A stretch of DNA of 61,969 nt, counting the filler, from Hausera hauseri (Eukaryota), in the NCBI GenBank assembly GCA_046269625.1. It is 11 parts of 11 records of this genome, joined end to end, with 100 filler letters (N's around TTAATTAATTAA, not from the genome) between each part and the next. Parts side by side here need not be neighbours in the genome. Positions count along the whole stretch, not along the records: positions 24,820 to 36,287 come from JBJURY010099987.1; positions 36,388 to 40,510 come from JBJURY010747431.1; 9 more parts are not named here. One strand, given 5' to 3'. Made by a program: the position numbers and the translations under genes. Every line of letters begins with the position of its first letter. Positions within the stretch are counted from its first letter, which is position 1. The notes beneath the pieces are model-generated. The model did not search any database, had not been told where the DNA came from, and saw only the letters and a list, made by a program, of their open reading frames with translations. Below are positions 24,720-39,309 of this stretch, piece after piece.

Positions 24720-27700
24720 NNNNNNNNNNNNNNNNNNNNNNNNNNNNNNNNNNNNNNNNNNNNTTAATTAATTAANNNNNNNNNNNNNNNNNNNNNNNNN
24801 NNNNNNNNNNNNNNNNNNNTGGGTGTCACTGTATTGATACACTGATCAAATGATTAAGGACTCAGTTGCATTGAGGCAAAACATCATCATATGCCTGATG
24901 TGGATCAATAACATATCACATCATATCACATCATATTGATCTCAGACTTGTGAATTGCATTGAATCAAATCTTATAATGACAGACTTTGTGACATTAAAA
25001 AAACATTGTGTTGTCATCCAACAAATGGATATAATATCATATTGTGATAAAACTGCTGATAGTTCACACAGTCTATAGATGCGCAAATGACAATAGTCAG
25101 GGTGGAACGATTCATGAAATTTTATATAAAAATACCACCCATCAGTAATAGATCATCCACTTTTTAAATCTGCTAGTCTTAATTCATCTGTCTAGTCTTG
25201 TCTTAGACAGATGTATTTTAAGCCATGACTTTTTGATCATTCTCATTTTATTTATCATCATTTAAAAGCAACAAAGGCACATGCTAAATAAATTATAATT
25301 AACTCATAGTGCAGGATTACTTCTGATGTTATCCCAAATTCAATCTTAGATAAATTCAATTTATATAAGTTACAATGCAATGTAACTTATATAAAATCAA
25401 TAGGTCATGTCATTATAAAAATATTTTGTATGTTTTAGTCAGAATAACAATACAACAGTTGGAATTTAATATCATACTCAGATTTTTCCTGATTGATTAT
25501 TTTAATTACTATTCGATAATTAAATATTATAAGTAATTTTGTAATTAAATTTCCGATTATATTCAGCTATTTTACAAAAATGTATGTGATATACTATTTT
25601 ATTGAATGTTCAAAAAGGATATTTGGTGAATTTACATCTTTTATACATAATAAATTGGTTACAATATTATTTTTACATCGTACAGCTTTACTTTTACACG
25701 ATCGGCTTATTTTCTTCACACGTAATGCTTTCATTATAACGTGAGTTATAATCATTTTCTTATCCCGAATTTTTTCCTTCACCATATTACCCCTCAACCC
25801 ATTTCCTACACGTCTCAGCTTATAAACTCCTTCTATCCTCCCAATTCCCATTACAAATATATAATAATATAAAAACATTTAATTTAATTTTGCAATCATA
25901 CCTAGCCATTGTTAACGCGGTGCTTCTCCGCGGAGAAATTTTTTCACCTTTAATTAATTGGGTTAAATCAGTCACACCGATTTTAGCAGACATTTCAACA
26001 TAATTCATGTCAGCAATCAAGGGAAAGAAGTAACACGAACAATAATAACGAATGTATTCATATGTACCTTCAACGACAAACTATAGATGTCAAACCTATT
26101 TGAGAAATTTTCATCATCGTATACTTCCTCGTTCTGACCCAAAATTTCTTTATTCTCTGGTTCTAACAACGAATCTTGTACTCTAACGACATCAAATTCA
26201 TAATTCTCTTTTTTTACATTACTATTTTCAACCGTTACATAACAATCAGGTAGCTGAGGTTTCCAAGATCCTCGATTTTGATTGTTATACTTCCCTGATC
26301 TATCATCAACTGAATTTGCTTGACATAAAGACGTTTTGATCTTCACGATTTGATTTTGGTACTCTTGTAAATTTATTTGAACCATTACGTTTATACTTTG
26401 GTCCTTTTCTTGAACTACGTTTTCACAAAGATGTGTTGAGTTAAATCCAATTCTCAACATTATAATTAGTTCAGAAGAAATGTATTTCTCTTCCATCTTC
26501 AATACTTCCAATATTTGTTTATTATCAATAATTTTATGACGATATTTCTTGTTTTGGGGATCAATATGAAATTTCGTTTTCCATTGAAAGTCAAATTTGA
26601 TTGGACGTCAATTTGAAATAGCTGAAAACAAAATTTATGGTAAACAACATTTTGTAAATGTAAAATTTGCAATTTCCAAACAATTTAGGTGTATCTTAGC
26701 CCAAAAATCTTGTGAGCCATGACATTTGTCTGTGTTTGCATGCAATAATTCCGTAACAGAATTGTAATGTGTTTCTATAATTAGATATCAAATTCAACGA
26801 GATGTATGTAGTAGGGTGAACAAAATGTATTTTCCTTGTACATAAATAAACATTGTAAAAATCCTATTACAATCTGTCATGTTTTTTCATTTTTGCCCAT
26901 AATTTCTTAATGAGATTGAAACTACCATATATAGTTATATAAAAATTGTGACTTACAAAATTGTCAGGAACAGGTTCATAAAATTCAATTTCCATGGTAT
27001 ACGAAGCCAGAAGCCGGTATTATGTTTTCTGAATCTATACCAAACAGAACAGTCCTTGAAAAGAGCGGATTTCATACCAATTTCAGCTGAAATATCATTT
27101 AGAATTAAAATAATTTTTTCAATTTTAAATTACCTAAAAATGTTGAAATTGATTTTCAAGTAAATTAAATTTATTGTCATACGATAAACACTCATTAGGG
27201 AGACTAGACAAAATTAGACTAGATTCTAAAGTCATTGTGTTCCATTACAATTGAGTGAAACACAATTAAAGTTTCCAGTGGCATCGGATATTGCGATATT
27301 TTCAAATATTTAATTTAAAAATCAAAGTCAATTATTTAGGATGGATCGATGTCTAAGATTTTGTTTAAATTCTGCTTCTGTGAAGGACATTTCTGATTTG
27401 CATTGATAAAATACAAGTTTTGAACTTTTACAAAATTTTCATTACATTTTTCCAACTAATCTGCCACGAATATTGGATATTATTAATTGGTCTGACAATT
27501 TTCTTATCATTTCGTGTTAATAAAACTATTATAAGTGCTACTTCAATTTTATTATAAGAAACAACATTTCTTATGACCATGACACTACGTACCGCTGACT
27601 CGTGTACGTCTCTTTGTTATGTATATTCACTTATTTTTGATTTTGTCTATCTTAATATATTTAATATAATAGTTTATTAAGTTTTCTTCCTTATTGCTTT

Positions 27701-27785
27701 GATTGTTGTATAATTACATAATCACCTAATTTGTCAAATTAAGTATCTTAATTAAACATGGCTGTATAAAAGTCTGTCACTCAGG

Positions 27786-27993
27786 TGTAACGGTGTTAAT
27801 AAACCATTTGTTTTAAAATTCTATAAATAAGGGTCTTCGATCAGTATACTTCCTGTATCGGAACTTAACATAGAATTAACTAAGTGGCGGCAACCCACAG
27901 ATTACTGTATAAGTAAATAAAGTTTAGGTTTGAGGTCGAATGACACAAACCATCCTCGATCTCTAAAACGTAACACTGGTGTCTCAAGTGAGG
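27786..27993 (+). repeat. Short LTR (27786-27975) plus PBS of a second Gypsy family
   Basis: TGTAACG...CGTAACA near-inverted ends, internal AATAAA, then TGGTGTCTCAAGTGAG (Leu-like PBS) and a gag relic. Confidence 0.55.
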
Positions 27994-28138
27994 AGGCCCT
28001 CTGGCGTATCATCTACGAAGTAGAAAGAACACTATTAAGACAAATTCAGCAAGAAGCCCATCCGATCCTGGAACAAAAATTCCCCAAATGTCCAGTTCTG
28101 CTTTAGATGCTAGCTTAGATTATAACCTAAGTGGCACA

Positions 28139-28750
28139 ATGGCTTTCCTATAGACAAGTTCAAAGGAAAACCAAATCGGGATTACAGTGAGTTTCTGATT
28201 CAATGCGAGATGTATTTTGAAAGTTTTGAATGTACAAATGATCTAAGGATAAAGCGTCTTCCATTTTATCTCAAAAAATATCCCTCAGTGCTTACGCTCA
28301 AGCTGAATATGAGAACAAAGCTGATTGGGCTAACCTTAAAGAGGCCCTGAAAGAAAGGCTCTTAGTAGATCCATCAGGAAAAGGTCTAATTGAAGAATTC
28401 AACAAGAGCCGTAAAGCAAAGGTAAAACATTGCAAGAGTATGTATGTGCCCTTCAGGAACTGGATTAGAGAGCTTTTGTAGATGATGACGTAAAAGATGA
28501 TGCTCTCCTAGCTCAATTATATTACGACGTTAAGAGATAAATTCAAAATTATATTACCGTTGCTGATTCTGACACTTTTAAAGAAGTTGTCAAAAAAACT
28601 AGAAAGATAGAAGTTAATTATGAAAGGCTTGAAAATGCAGACAAACTTCCCAGCAATGATGAGAAGAAACAGAACAAATTTCAACAGAAGAAAAATCTTC
28701 AAAAACCGTTTCAAAAATTCCAAGAATCATCCAGAACAACAGCAGAGGAA
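28139..28750 (+). pseudogene. Gypsy gag relic
   Basis: FPIDKFKGKPNRDYSEFLIQCEMYF...IKRLPFYLK, DWANLKEALKERL, EYVCALQELG; frameshifted. Confidence 0.6.
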
Positions 28751-28759
28751 TGGAATTTT

Positions 28760-30760
28760 TCAGCACCAACTTCAAAACTCTTCAATGAGGAAGCCAATGG
28801 AACGTCATAGATCGTACTTGTCGACATTCAATTTTAAAATGGCACATATTGCAGGCACTTACAATCGTGTTGCCGATTTGTGTCAAGATCAGTTAACATC
28901 ATTATAGTTACTCAGATTCTTTCATGAACAGTGCTTCAGCAAAAAGTACCAGCACAGGATATTCTTAAATCCCTTAAATCACACCAAATCATCGACGAAA
29001 TTGCATATGACACTTCTAAACCCGGTAATTATAAACCCATACTATCTTCCTCTTTGCAGAAAACGGCATTTTATAGTTTGTATTCTCTTCATCATCCGGG
29101 TGCTAAAGCAACTTTCCGTCTCTTGCAACGAATCGTCATATGACCGTCGATGAGATCAGACGTATACGCGTGGATTAGGGCGTATGTCACATGCCAAAAG
29201 TTTAAAATTAACAAACATCTAAAGCCACCACTTTATCATTTCCCCTGTACGTCGTGTTTCAAATGCGTACATATTGACCTAGTCGGCTCTCTTCGTCCAG
29301 ATAACGGTCGTCAATTCATACGGCCATCAACGGCCACCGTGCTTCTCGATGACCAGAGACCATTCCAATGCGCTCCACCAACACAGACACAATCACTGAG
29401 GTCTTTATCAAAACTTGGATTAGCAGATTTGACTCACCTCTCTTCATATTCACGGACCATGGTCAACAGTTAAAGTAAAGTTTTTCTAAATCCTTATTCA
29501 ATCGCTTGAGGATTAAGCACATACACATTTTTCCATATCATCCCCAAGTTAACGGCTTACTAGAAAGATTTCATCGCGCAATGAAGACCTCACTGAAAAT
29601 CCTTGCTGAATCACACAGCAACTGGACAACTCTATTAACTCTTGTCCTGCTGAGCTAACGAAACACACCCTCCACCATTACGGGTTGTGCATCAGCTGAG
29701 GCATTGTTTGGGACACCTATTCGGGCACTTTATGACTTAACTGATTTAGACGACACACCAACAGATGAGTTAATTCGAAATGCCCAAAATCACTTCGTTG
29801 CATTAAACAGGAACTCATTTTGCAAAATTGTAAATAATAACAAATCAAATATACCAGATCATTTATACGCCGCTAAATTTGTCTGGCTTGATAATCCTTC
29901 ACACCGTGGTTTTTAACCGCAATACATTGCACCGTTCAAACTACTCTCTTTACCCTCTCATACGGCAACGATTCTTAAAAATGGCAACAAACAGACTATA
30001 CATCGAACAAACATAAAACCTGCTTTCTTTGTTGATTATCTTTCTGAAGACACACGATCCAACACCAACACTACTGGCACTTTTCCTGATGCCTTTGCCG
30101 CTAATTAACTTTTAACCAATTTAACTATTCACACACCACCTCCATTTGAAGGCAAAGTTTCTCTCGATTCTTCGATTTCAAATTCTCAATTGCCTTCAAA
30201 TATTCAACCTTCTTCAAGTACCTGCCTTTCAGACTCGGCTCCTCTCCATATCCTCCATAAACTTTCTTCATATGCCGGATCTCCCACCAAGCCTCAATTC
30301 TTCGCACCTTCTCCACATTTTCTATCTTCATCACCCTTGGCTGACTTTGCTTTGCAAATTTCATTTTCCACAACTAAAACAAATTCCATGGTAAATTCAG
30401 ATACTTATTTCTCAACTTACACCTCTGCAAGCAAACTCAAAATACGCAAGCAAAACACGCAGAGTTACCTTTATTAAGTACAGTGGAGAACAAAATTTCG
30501 ACAAAGTACAACGTCTGATGTAGACTGAAACCGAGTAGGACACAAACATTTTTCTTGTTTTGCGGATTTTGTTTTTCATTGCTTTTCGCTTTACAGTTTT
30601 CACTTTGCAACGGGGAAGTGATGTGGTGCCAACATGATGTATTGCCCCGTGTCCCATTTTGGCCGGATGCAACCAGGTGAGACGCTTTTGCGCGATGTCG
30701 TCAATGGCTCTTGAATTTCATCTTCCGTCGCGGACTCATGCCGTAAGACGGTATGTACAA
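28760..30760 (+). mobile_element. CsRn1-like RNase H end-integrase-PPT-start of 3' LTR, decayed
   Basis: HIAGTYNRVAD; HHPGAKAT..CQKFK; VHIDLVG; PYHPQVNGLLERFHR; PPT GGGGAAGTGA 30612-30621 then TGTGGTG; homologous to 45093-46446. Confidence 0.8.
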
Positions 30761-30784
30761 AATTACTGTTTTATAATTGCAAAT

Positions 30785-31507
30785 AACGTGCAAATTAATG
30801 AAGTGATTGAGCAGATAGGAATGAAAATTAATGTGCTGCCACCGGTCGTTGAATCAGAGAAGATAAAAGATGTAATAATTGATCATAAATATCATAGTCG
30901 GTTGATAGGTGCTAATGGAACTAGAATTCGTAATATTCGTCAACAATATCCAGATGTAATGATAACATTTACAGAATTATCATTGAATAGTGATATTGTA
31001 CAATTACGTGGACCACGATAACAAGTTGACAATGTTACTAAATCACTGAAGAAAATTTATCAAGAATTTGTGGATAATAATTATACAAGTTATGTACGGA
31101 CATTTAAACAATTCCATCGGAATATTGTTGGGAAAGAAGGGCAAAATATTAGTAAATTACGTGAGGAATTATCAATTCGAATTGATTTACAAAATGAACA
31201 ATCAGATAGTGACTTGATACGTTTAATTGGTAAACAACAATCTGTTGATGAAACTGTAACACAAATTAAACAAATACAGTCAGAATTAATTTCTATTCGT
31301 GAAGATTCGGTGACAATTTCTCATAATCTTCATGAATTATTAATTGGTCAATATGAACAAATAATTCGATCTATACAACAAGAATGTGGTGGAGTTATTA
31401 TACAATTTCCATTATCAGGAAATGTTATTAAAATTCGTGGACCTGATAATGATGTTGAAAATGCTAAACAGCGATTAATGGAATTAGCAAATGAAATAAT
31501 TTGTTAA
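30785..31507 (+). pseudogene. Vigilin (HDLBP)-like KH-domain fragment, intronless, in-frame stop
   Basis: Three KH repeats: HSRLIGANGTRIRNIRQQY, FHRNIVGKEGQNISKLREE, HELLIG..IRSIQQECGGVIIQFP..IRGP; TAA at 31019. Confidence 0.8.
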
Positions 31508-31899
31508 TTTGTCATAAATTTATATCAGATAAAAATGCATAAGTGCCGGAATTTCAGATTGGACCACACCCGCCAATCTGGTATTGTCTTAATGCAAAGA
31601 AACTTTTTTGTTTTAAAGTTTTAAAAACAATAAAAAATTTTTTGAATTTCGTGCTGCCATTTTTAGTCAAAAAATTATTAAATTTTTTATTCAGTTTCTG
31701 TATAGATTGTGGATTTTTTTGAAGCAATGTTCTGGTTCGGAGAAATTAACGATTTTAGTTATTCCCCTTGAGCATTTTTGTAGAAACTCTTGGAAATTCA
31801 TAATTTTTTGGGGGGTAGGTTAGAACTGCCTACAAATGCGGGTAATCTTCTGGTATTATTCAAATCTAATTTGACTCAGAGATAATTGGAGAGGTCAAC

Positions 31900-33655
31900 C
31901 AAGTCCTATAGATAGATATTAGTATTCATTGCAACTATCAGAAAAATGGCAACACTGTGGTATATATAGTCATACGTCGGAAATTAGTCTGTTCACACCA
32001 TTTAGGCAATTGAAACATTGCCAAGAAGCAATAAATTATGGACGATATGTATAGGATGAATCAACTATAGACATTCAAGTTGGCGATTTACGAACATTCT
32101 TAAAGTATAAAGAAGGCACTATAGATGCATCAGGAAACTCTGCGGCAAGCGATGGAGGAAGAGGAAAAAATACATATTCAAAGATTTATTGCCAAACTAA
32201 AAGTTGCTAAGTTTATTTTTGATAGCACCACTAATACAATGGTAGATGCTCCATTCTTCATATATACAGCAGAATCGTGTCGAGTTAAGACAGAATTATT
32301 ATATTGGACAACCAATCAAAAACAAAGTGACTGTCAATTAGCTTTAATCACAAAAGGCATATTCAATGTTACAACAGGATATCGGTAACACAAAGGCATG
32401 AATAAGATTTTAACAGACGCATCAGTAAGAAAAATACCAGAAATAACTATATCCATAGTATATTGGTCCAGTAATGTATCTGAAGGAATGAAATTTATTA
32501 GACAAGAAGCAGTTGTAATGTGTGATACAACATTACGGAGAACAAATTATCCAATCTTCTTTATCTCTCAAGATTCTGCAAAGCAGGTGAAACTTTTGAA
32601 GATAAGATTCAATATTTAGATCTTTAGTCATATATCATAAATTGTGATTATTATTTATATTTTATTACTACAAAAAATGTACATGAAATGTACTCGGAAG
32701 TAATCGAGAATGATTGCAGATTAAACTAAGAAATACTGGAAACAAAGCTAGCATTAATAAAATTAAATCCAGATGTGATGACACCAGCATTACCATTATT
32801 GGAAGGAATGTTAGGAAGAGTTAATGGAGAAATTCTACAACATTCAAATGCGAAAAAATAAAAGCAAACTTAGCAGTAGATAGGAAAATAGTGAGTACTT
32901 GTACGGCTGAAATACCAGTAACAATTAATGGCGAAACAAAATATGCGTCACCAAGAACGCGAATCTTACTACCAAAGCAAACTAAACTAACCATCATTCA
33001 GAACTGCACAGGTTTAGTAAGGCCAATAATAAAATTCAACAATGAAGGACAATGGGTACAACTACCATATGGTACTATAGTAACCACATCAAATAAGATA
33101 ACAATGACAGCATTACAATATGCAGTTGATGTATATCTGTTTCAAGATACGTCGCAAGTTGGATTGTACGGACCGACAGATGTAAGTGCCTTTATTAAGC
33201 AAATATTGTTCCATATAATGAGAAAACAAGAATTTAATCGAGTTGGACATGATGTTCTAATGAGTAAATCTCAAAATAGAGATTATAGTCAACGATAGCA
33301 AACAGTACTGAACCCCAACTAACATGAAGAAGCAGCTAAATGAGTCTTTAAAAAATTATTTGAAAGTTTTCAATGGTTTCGAAATACAGGTACAGGTGTA
33401 TTAGCTATCTACTACATATTAATGTGGATAAAAATAGGACTTACGTCTTGTATCCATGCTTATGGTATACACACGATAACGGGTTGTACAGGGAAAATGG
33501 CAACAGCAACATTTAGACCAATAGGAAAAATCCTTATGGTACATCAAGAACATAAATGTAGAGAAAGAATAGAAAAGCATGTAAATTATGTCCCACCCCA
33601 CAGAAAAAATAAAAAGCCTCCAAAACCTCCAAAAAAGAGCATCAGAATCAGTTAG
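31900..33655 (+). pseudogene. Chuvirus-like envelope glycoprotein, near full length, copy 2
   Basis: HCGIYSH..HCQEAINYG; NDCRLN*EILETKLALIKLNP..GRVNGEI; CTAEIPV..YASPRTRIL..CTG..P..W; C-terminal TM GVLAIYYILMWIKIGLTSCIHAYGIH..G; colinear with copy 1. Confidence 0.8.
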
Positions 33656-33779
33656 AGTTAGTTTAAAAATATGCATCTAATAATCAAGACGAACAATATG
33701 ATAAATACTATGTGTTACTGATAAAAATGACATGATTACCAACGACCCTTTTAACCAATCTTAAAACCTTTAAAACATA

Positions 33780-36287
33780 AATGTATGGATAGAACAATCC
33801 TGGTTGAGATGGAATAAACGAATTGGAAAAGTGATAGCTTCTGTTACAGAACCCAAAGGAGAACCGCCTAAACCAGAAGAATATGTCCTTTTACCAAAAA
33901 TAAGATACACATACTTGAATTTAGACGAATGCGCTGAATTTGGTCTTATGTTACTAAAATACGAATATATATTTGCCAAAAATAAAGATGATTTAGGAAA
34001 ATTGAAAAATTTCCATGCTGAAATAAGGCTAAAAGGGATCCAGAAACAGGATATGAATTAGATTTGGCAGACCAATCTCAATCAAAATATTACCTGCGAC
34101 CAGGGGCAGTTTGACAAGATTTGAATGAAGAAATCAAGAGATTTTTAAGACTAAAAATAATTGAGAAAACCAGTGCTCCGTGGGTATCTCCAACCTTATT
34201 GGTTCCAAAAAATAACTCATCCAAAAACGTTTGTAAATCGATTTTAGACATATAAATAATTTCATAATAAGCAACAGCTTTTCACTACCAAAAATAAGGG
34301 AAATAATCGAGAAGTTGAAAAACACTGACTACTACATAACAATTGATTTTCAATGTGGTTTTTGGCATGTCAAAATCGCCAAAGAAGACAGGTACAAAAC
34401 TGCATTTCGAGTATCACAAGGAATCTATCAATTTAATAAAATGCCTTTCGGGTTAAAAATAGCCCTCTCAGTATTTTAAAGGCTAATGACTCAAATCTCA
34501 ATTGCGGAAAAAATCCCGGTGCAGAAATAACTAACAATAACAATGAAGGAGATATGGTATGTATTAATCGTCTTGTTTTAACCATCCCATAAAATGTAAA
34601 TGGTTTAAGCGTAAAATAACTTACCTTAGATTCAAAATCTCGAAGGAAGGAATAGCCAATATTGATGATATTATACAAAAAATCATAGACTACCCTATAC
34701 TATCAAGTTGGCTTTTACGCAGACTTTGTAGAAAACTATGCACAAATAAACTCACCATTATATCGATTGTTGAGAGCAAAAGTCAAATGGAAATGGACTG
34801 AAGAATGCCAAGAGGCCTTAGATGAAATAAAAAAACGATTAATTTCAGCACCAATAATTTAATATCTAGATTATGACTTACCATTCATTATCAAAACATG
34901 TGCCAGCGGAAAGGGATTAAGTTATATTTTAGCCCAATAGACACTAAAATAAAGAACAGAACATTTTATAGAATATTGAAGTAGATCACTAAAGCCCGCT
35001 GAAACACGTTATGCTGCAATAGAACTTGAATTACTGGCGGTTAGAGGCTATAAAACATTTTTATTACTATATCTACGGTCAAAGAATTATATTGTATACT
35101 GACTACATAGCCTTGCTAAATAAAAAAATCGATAAAGAATTAAATAAACGAATGAACAAATGGTTTGCGTATGTTAAAGATTTCGATATAGAATTTAGAT
35201 TGAGGCTTGGTAAAAGTAATAATGATGTTAACGCATTGTCTAGGATTTATGAATATATTTCATCTTTAGATGAAGAAGCGCATCTATTTAACAAACTCTT
35301 AAAACAACATAGAGAAATAAACACGAGCGGTACAATGGAAAAACAACTAGAAGATCAGCAAACTAGAAGATCAATTATGTAAGAACACGAAAATTTCTAC
35401 CTCATGAGAAATTAACAAGATATCTTAAAAAGAAGGTCAAAGGTTCTTATTACACGAAAATGTCCATCCTCAAGAAAAACCAAGAAACGAATAAGCCAGA
35501 AATACTATTGGCCCACGATTGAAAAAGATGTTAAAGATTGGGTATATGGTTGCAAAATGTGTGCAACAATGAAAAATAAAGGTAAACGTTACAGGCCAGG
35601 ATTAAAATCGTTACCAGAACCAAGTAGTCCAATGGAATTATGCGCCATGGATTTCTCTGGACCTATCCCAACCACACCAAAAGGAAACAAATACATATTA
35701 TTATATACAGATTATATAACGAGCTATCCTATATTAATCCTAACAAAGGATTTATTAGCCACAACAGTAGCAAAGAAGTTCATTAATAATATTATTTGTC
35801 AGTTTGGTGCACCAAGGAGCACCAAACTTCGGAAGTGAATTACTAAAGGAAATAACAGATATATGTCAGACCAGTAGATGGCTAACAACCGCATATCACC
35901 CCAAATGTAATGGAAAGGTTGAAAGATTGAATTATGCAGTACAATGTATATTATCAGTCATCACAGATAGGACTTAAAAGTCTGAGATATTTATTTAAAA
36001 ATTGTACAATTCGCAGTAGCAAGTACGCCAACAAGTTTATCAGGATATACGCCATTTTAATTAATGCATGGTAGAAAACCATTATTACCAATGGACAGTC
36101 AATTATTACCAGAAAAAGAAATACGCGTGGATCAAACCGATGAAAATATACATGTAAGTTTTGTAAATAGTTTAGAAAATTGTTGGAAAAAAGGCAAACA
36201 AGCTATCAAATAATATATACAAGATTACGAAGAATATTACAACAGAAAGCCTAATCCTCATAAATTCCAACCAGGAGATAAAGTAAT
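33780..36287 (+). pseudogene. Ty3/Gypsy pol (RT-RNase H-integrase), heavily decayed
   Basis: SAPWVSPTLLVPK, IDFQCGFWHV, KTAF..YQFNKMPFGL; RH YAAIELE..YTDY; IN WP..DVKDWVYGCKMC, MDFSGP, AYHPKCNGKVERLN, FQPGDKV. Confidence 0.9.
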
Positions 36288-36499
36288 NNNNNNNNNNNNN
36301 NNNNNNNNNNNNNNNNNNNNNNNNNNNNNNNTTAATTAATTAANNNNNNNNNNNNNNNNNNNNNNNNNNNNNNNNNNNNNNNNNNNNACAGGAAACTACA
36401 TTGGTGTAAGAGGTGGGATTGGATTCATTCTGTGAATAATACCATTTCTAATTCCTCAAAAAATGATTTGAAACGATTTCACCTTATGATTATCAACAG

Positions 36500-38401
36500 T
36501 TTCAACAAATCCGCAAATTGAATAAATTATCCGGTCTGTGTTTTGCCAATTGTACTTTCTGTTACAAAAGTTAGATGATAATGACAATGGAAAAATGTAT
36601 AGTATTGTACTCGAGGAAATTACCAATTTTATCCAAAACTCTTCCAAAGCGAAATCCGATAATTCGGTTGAACATGATTTCAATTCACTGGATATTCATT
36701 TGACTAATGACATTGTGAAATTGATGGATATTCTTTTATTAAGCAGCAATAAGACAGAAATGGACAAATTATTTTATGCACCACCGATTTTGCTTTCCAT
36801 GGACTGTTAATTTCGTTCTCATTGCACTGTACCGAATCTACATTAGAAAAAGAAAACCAGAAATTTGCCCTTTCTTATTTCATCTCATTTGTTGATTACG
36901 ACGTTGACTGTATTGACAAGAAAGCAAATTTTGTCGTTAACTTTGCACCAGGTATTTTTCAGTCATTAACGAAAATCATCACTGCAGATCGGAAAATTGG
37001 ATCTGTTGTCAAAAGCCGAGCGCTGCAATGCGTGGCCAAACTTACGATTTTGCTATACGGTGATGCGTCATTTGCTGGTGGACAAAATCGGCTTATTATT
37101 GATGGATCTTCTCAAGAAAATAACGAACTGGGGAAAATTATCACTACAAGAAATAACGATTGGAAAAACCGATCGTGGCCGTCTGGATTGAAAATTGTGT
37201 TACTGGCGAAAAGTTGTGTAATTGGACCTAGTGATGAAGAACATTGGACGGTGCGCAAAGAATTGTTGAACGGTTTTTCGTTAATTTTATAGCATTGCTC
37301 GAGTGTAGGTCCATCTATAGATGCCTCCATCGACTGTATTATTATGCTCATAGCGGATTACAACATCCGTGTTAGAGTAGCTGCAATGGACTCCATTCAG
37401 TTGGTATCTCAGATGGAATTTTTCATTCCAGTATATCTTGATCCGACGAAGAAAGAGTCGCACATCACTCAGCCAGGGTCATTATTATTGACAACAGCTG
37501 TTTGTAGGAATCTCGACAAGATTTTTTTTGACATGAAGACTGTTTGCAGTAGTTTGACAGACGAATGCAAGTGTCAAATGCTCCAATCGTTGGATTCGTA
37601 CTTCACCGTATTCGTGAATAGAGGTATCGGTCGGTTGAACTACTGCCAAATGAAGCAGACATTAATCTGTTTGATAAAATTGTATTCTCTTGACCATATG
37701 CGTGTAGGCCTGTCGCAAATTACTCCTGTGAATTCTTCAATAACAGATTCAATCATTTCCACATGGACAATGTGTACAGTGCAGTGAAACCAGTAATGGT
37801 GAACCTCTGTAAATTGGCATTTCCATTATCTGTCGTATCATTACTGCGGTTAGAAACCGCTGATATCCCTAACACTTCTAATGTAGTCCTTCTCATGAAA
37901 TTGGCGGAATTGGGAGTAGTAGAAAATGATTCAATTTCATCGGTCGACAAATGCAGCATGTGCCAGATTATTCTGTCGGAATGTTTCCAATGTGACTACG
38001 TGGATTTATCGACATTTCTCAATACGAATGAGTCAGATAAACTCAGTTCACATCCGGCTGCTGGTGCAGTGGCATCAATCGAATACCGTACATCTGCAAT
38101 ACAGCAGCCAATTGTCACAGATACTCAATTGAGTCTTGCAGTAATGAAGAGTAACTCATTAATCATTTCATTGATTATGGAATTGAGTGCATAATGTAGT
38201 TTGTGTATAAGAGGATACATTCCTGACAATGACACCGATAATGTTGACGAGTGCTGGGTAATAGGAACGTGCCTATTTGAAGTAATGAGCAAAGCGTATC
38301 AATCTCCAGAATTCGTCAGTCATGCAGCATTAAGTTGTTTAAAAGTTCTGTCAAGTATTCATCAAAAATACGAGAAATCTATTTATAAACTTGCGGATTA
38401 A
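36500..38401 (+). pseudogene. TTI1: TELO2-interacting protein 1-like, intronless and disrupted
   Basis: FAPGIFQSLTKIITADRKIG and HWTVRKELL match TTI1 FLPGI..LT..ITGD.K.G and HWKVRLELV; several stops and frameshifts across ORFs 36538-38401. Confidence 0.65.
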
Positions 38402-39309
38402 TTCAGACAATAATATGGATGCCAATTGCGATGAGAAATCAGGCAAAAGGAAAATATATTTGAGTAACTTGAAATTTATTATCAAAGGTAGCCTAGGACA
38501 TGCCTATACAGGTACTATGTGTAATTACTTTGAAAATAAGCATTTTTGACAATTTTTGTTTCAGAGTTGTGAAACACACAATAATGCTAATCAGCTTAAT
38601 AAAACTTAAGAAGCATCTACCTATATCTCTCTGTACTTGGAAGTATCATAGCCATGCATAACAAATCAATAAATGGTTTGCCACGAGCACCAAACATTTA
38701 TATTCGAACGACGGAAAATAGTGCTTTCATCAGCTGGAAATTTCGTGGTACAACTGAATGTACGGCACCAAGAATCGGGATTATGTTGAACGGGGCTGAT
38801 CGATTGCAATATGAATCGCTGGAAGATGATGAAAGGGCATGCGCTTCCTGCAAGGCGATGAAGTTAATGCCAAGCAAATTGAATTTAGCAGAAACACATT
38901 TGTCCGTCCGTCCAATCGACGCTCACTTTTACGTGTTGGACTTCGAACTTTCTGGATCAGAGCATCGTAATGATTTAATGGACGTACTGCGAGTCAACAG
39001 CAACCTCACCGATCGGCCGGCAGACGTTCCAGCATCAGAGGCATCCAATCACAAGATGAAGTTCTTTTTGTTGATTCACGCCCGCCAGTGCGACCATTTT
39101 TTGTGCATATACAAATCATTTATGGCCAACACCAATTTTCGTTTTAAAGGGTTTTTAAATTCAATAACTGGATATTCCTTTATCACAATTCTCATTTGCT
39201 ACTATTTCCGCGGCTTTATATCCGAACCTCTACTCAACCGAGAAGGAAACCGTCCAAGCCCCTCATGCATTTCAACGTTTTCCTGGGATTACTCCGCTGC
39301 AACTCCTTC

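Noticed and set aside
24820-27780. Minus-strand ORFs 25594-26511 in AT-rich DNA
   Set aside because: No recognisable motifs or homology within the window; cannot be supported as genes
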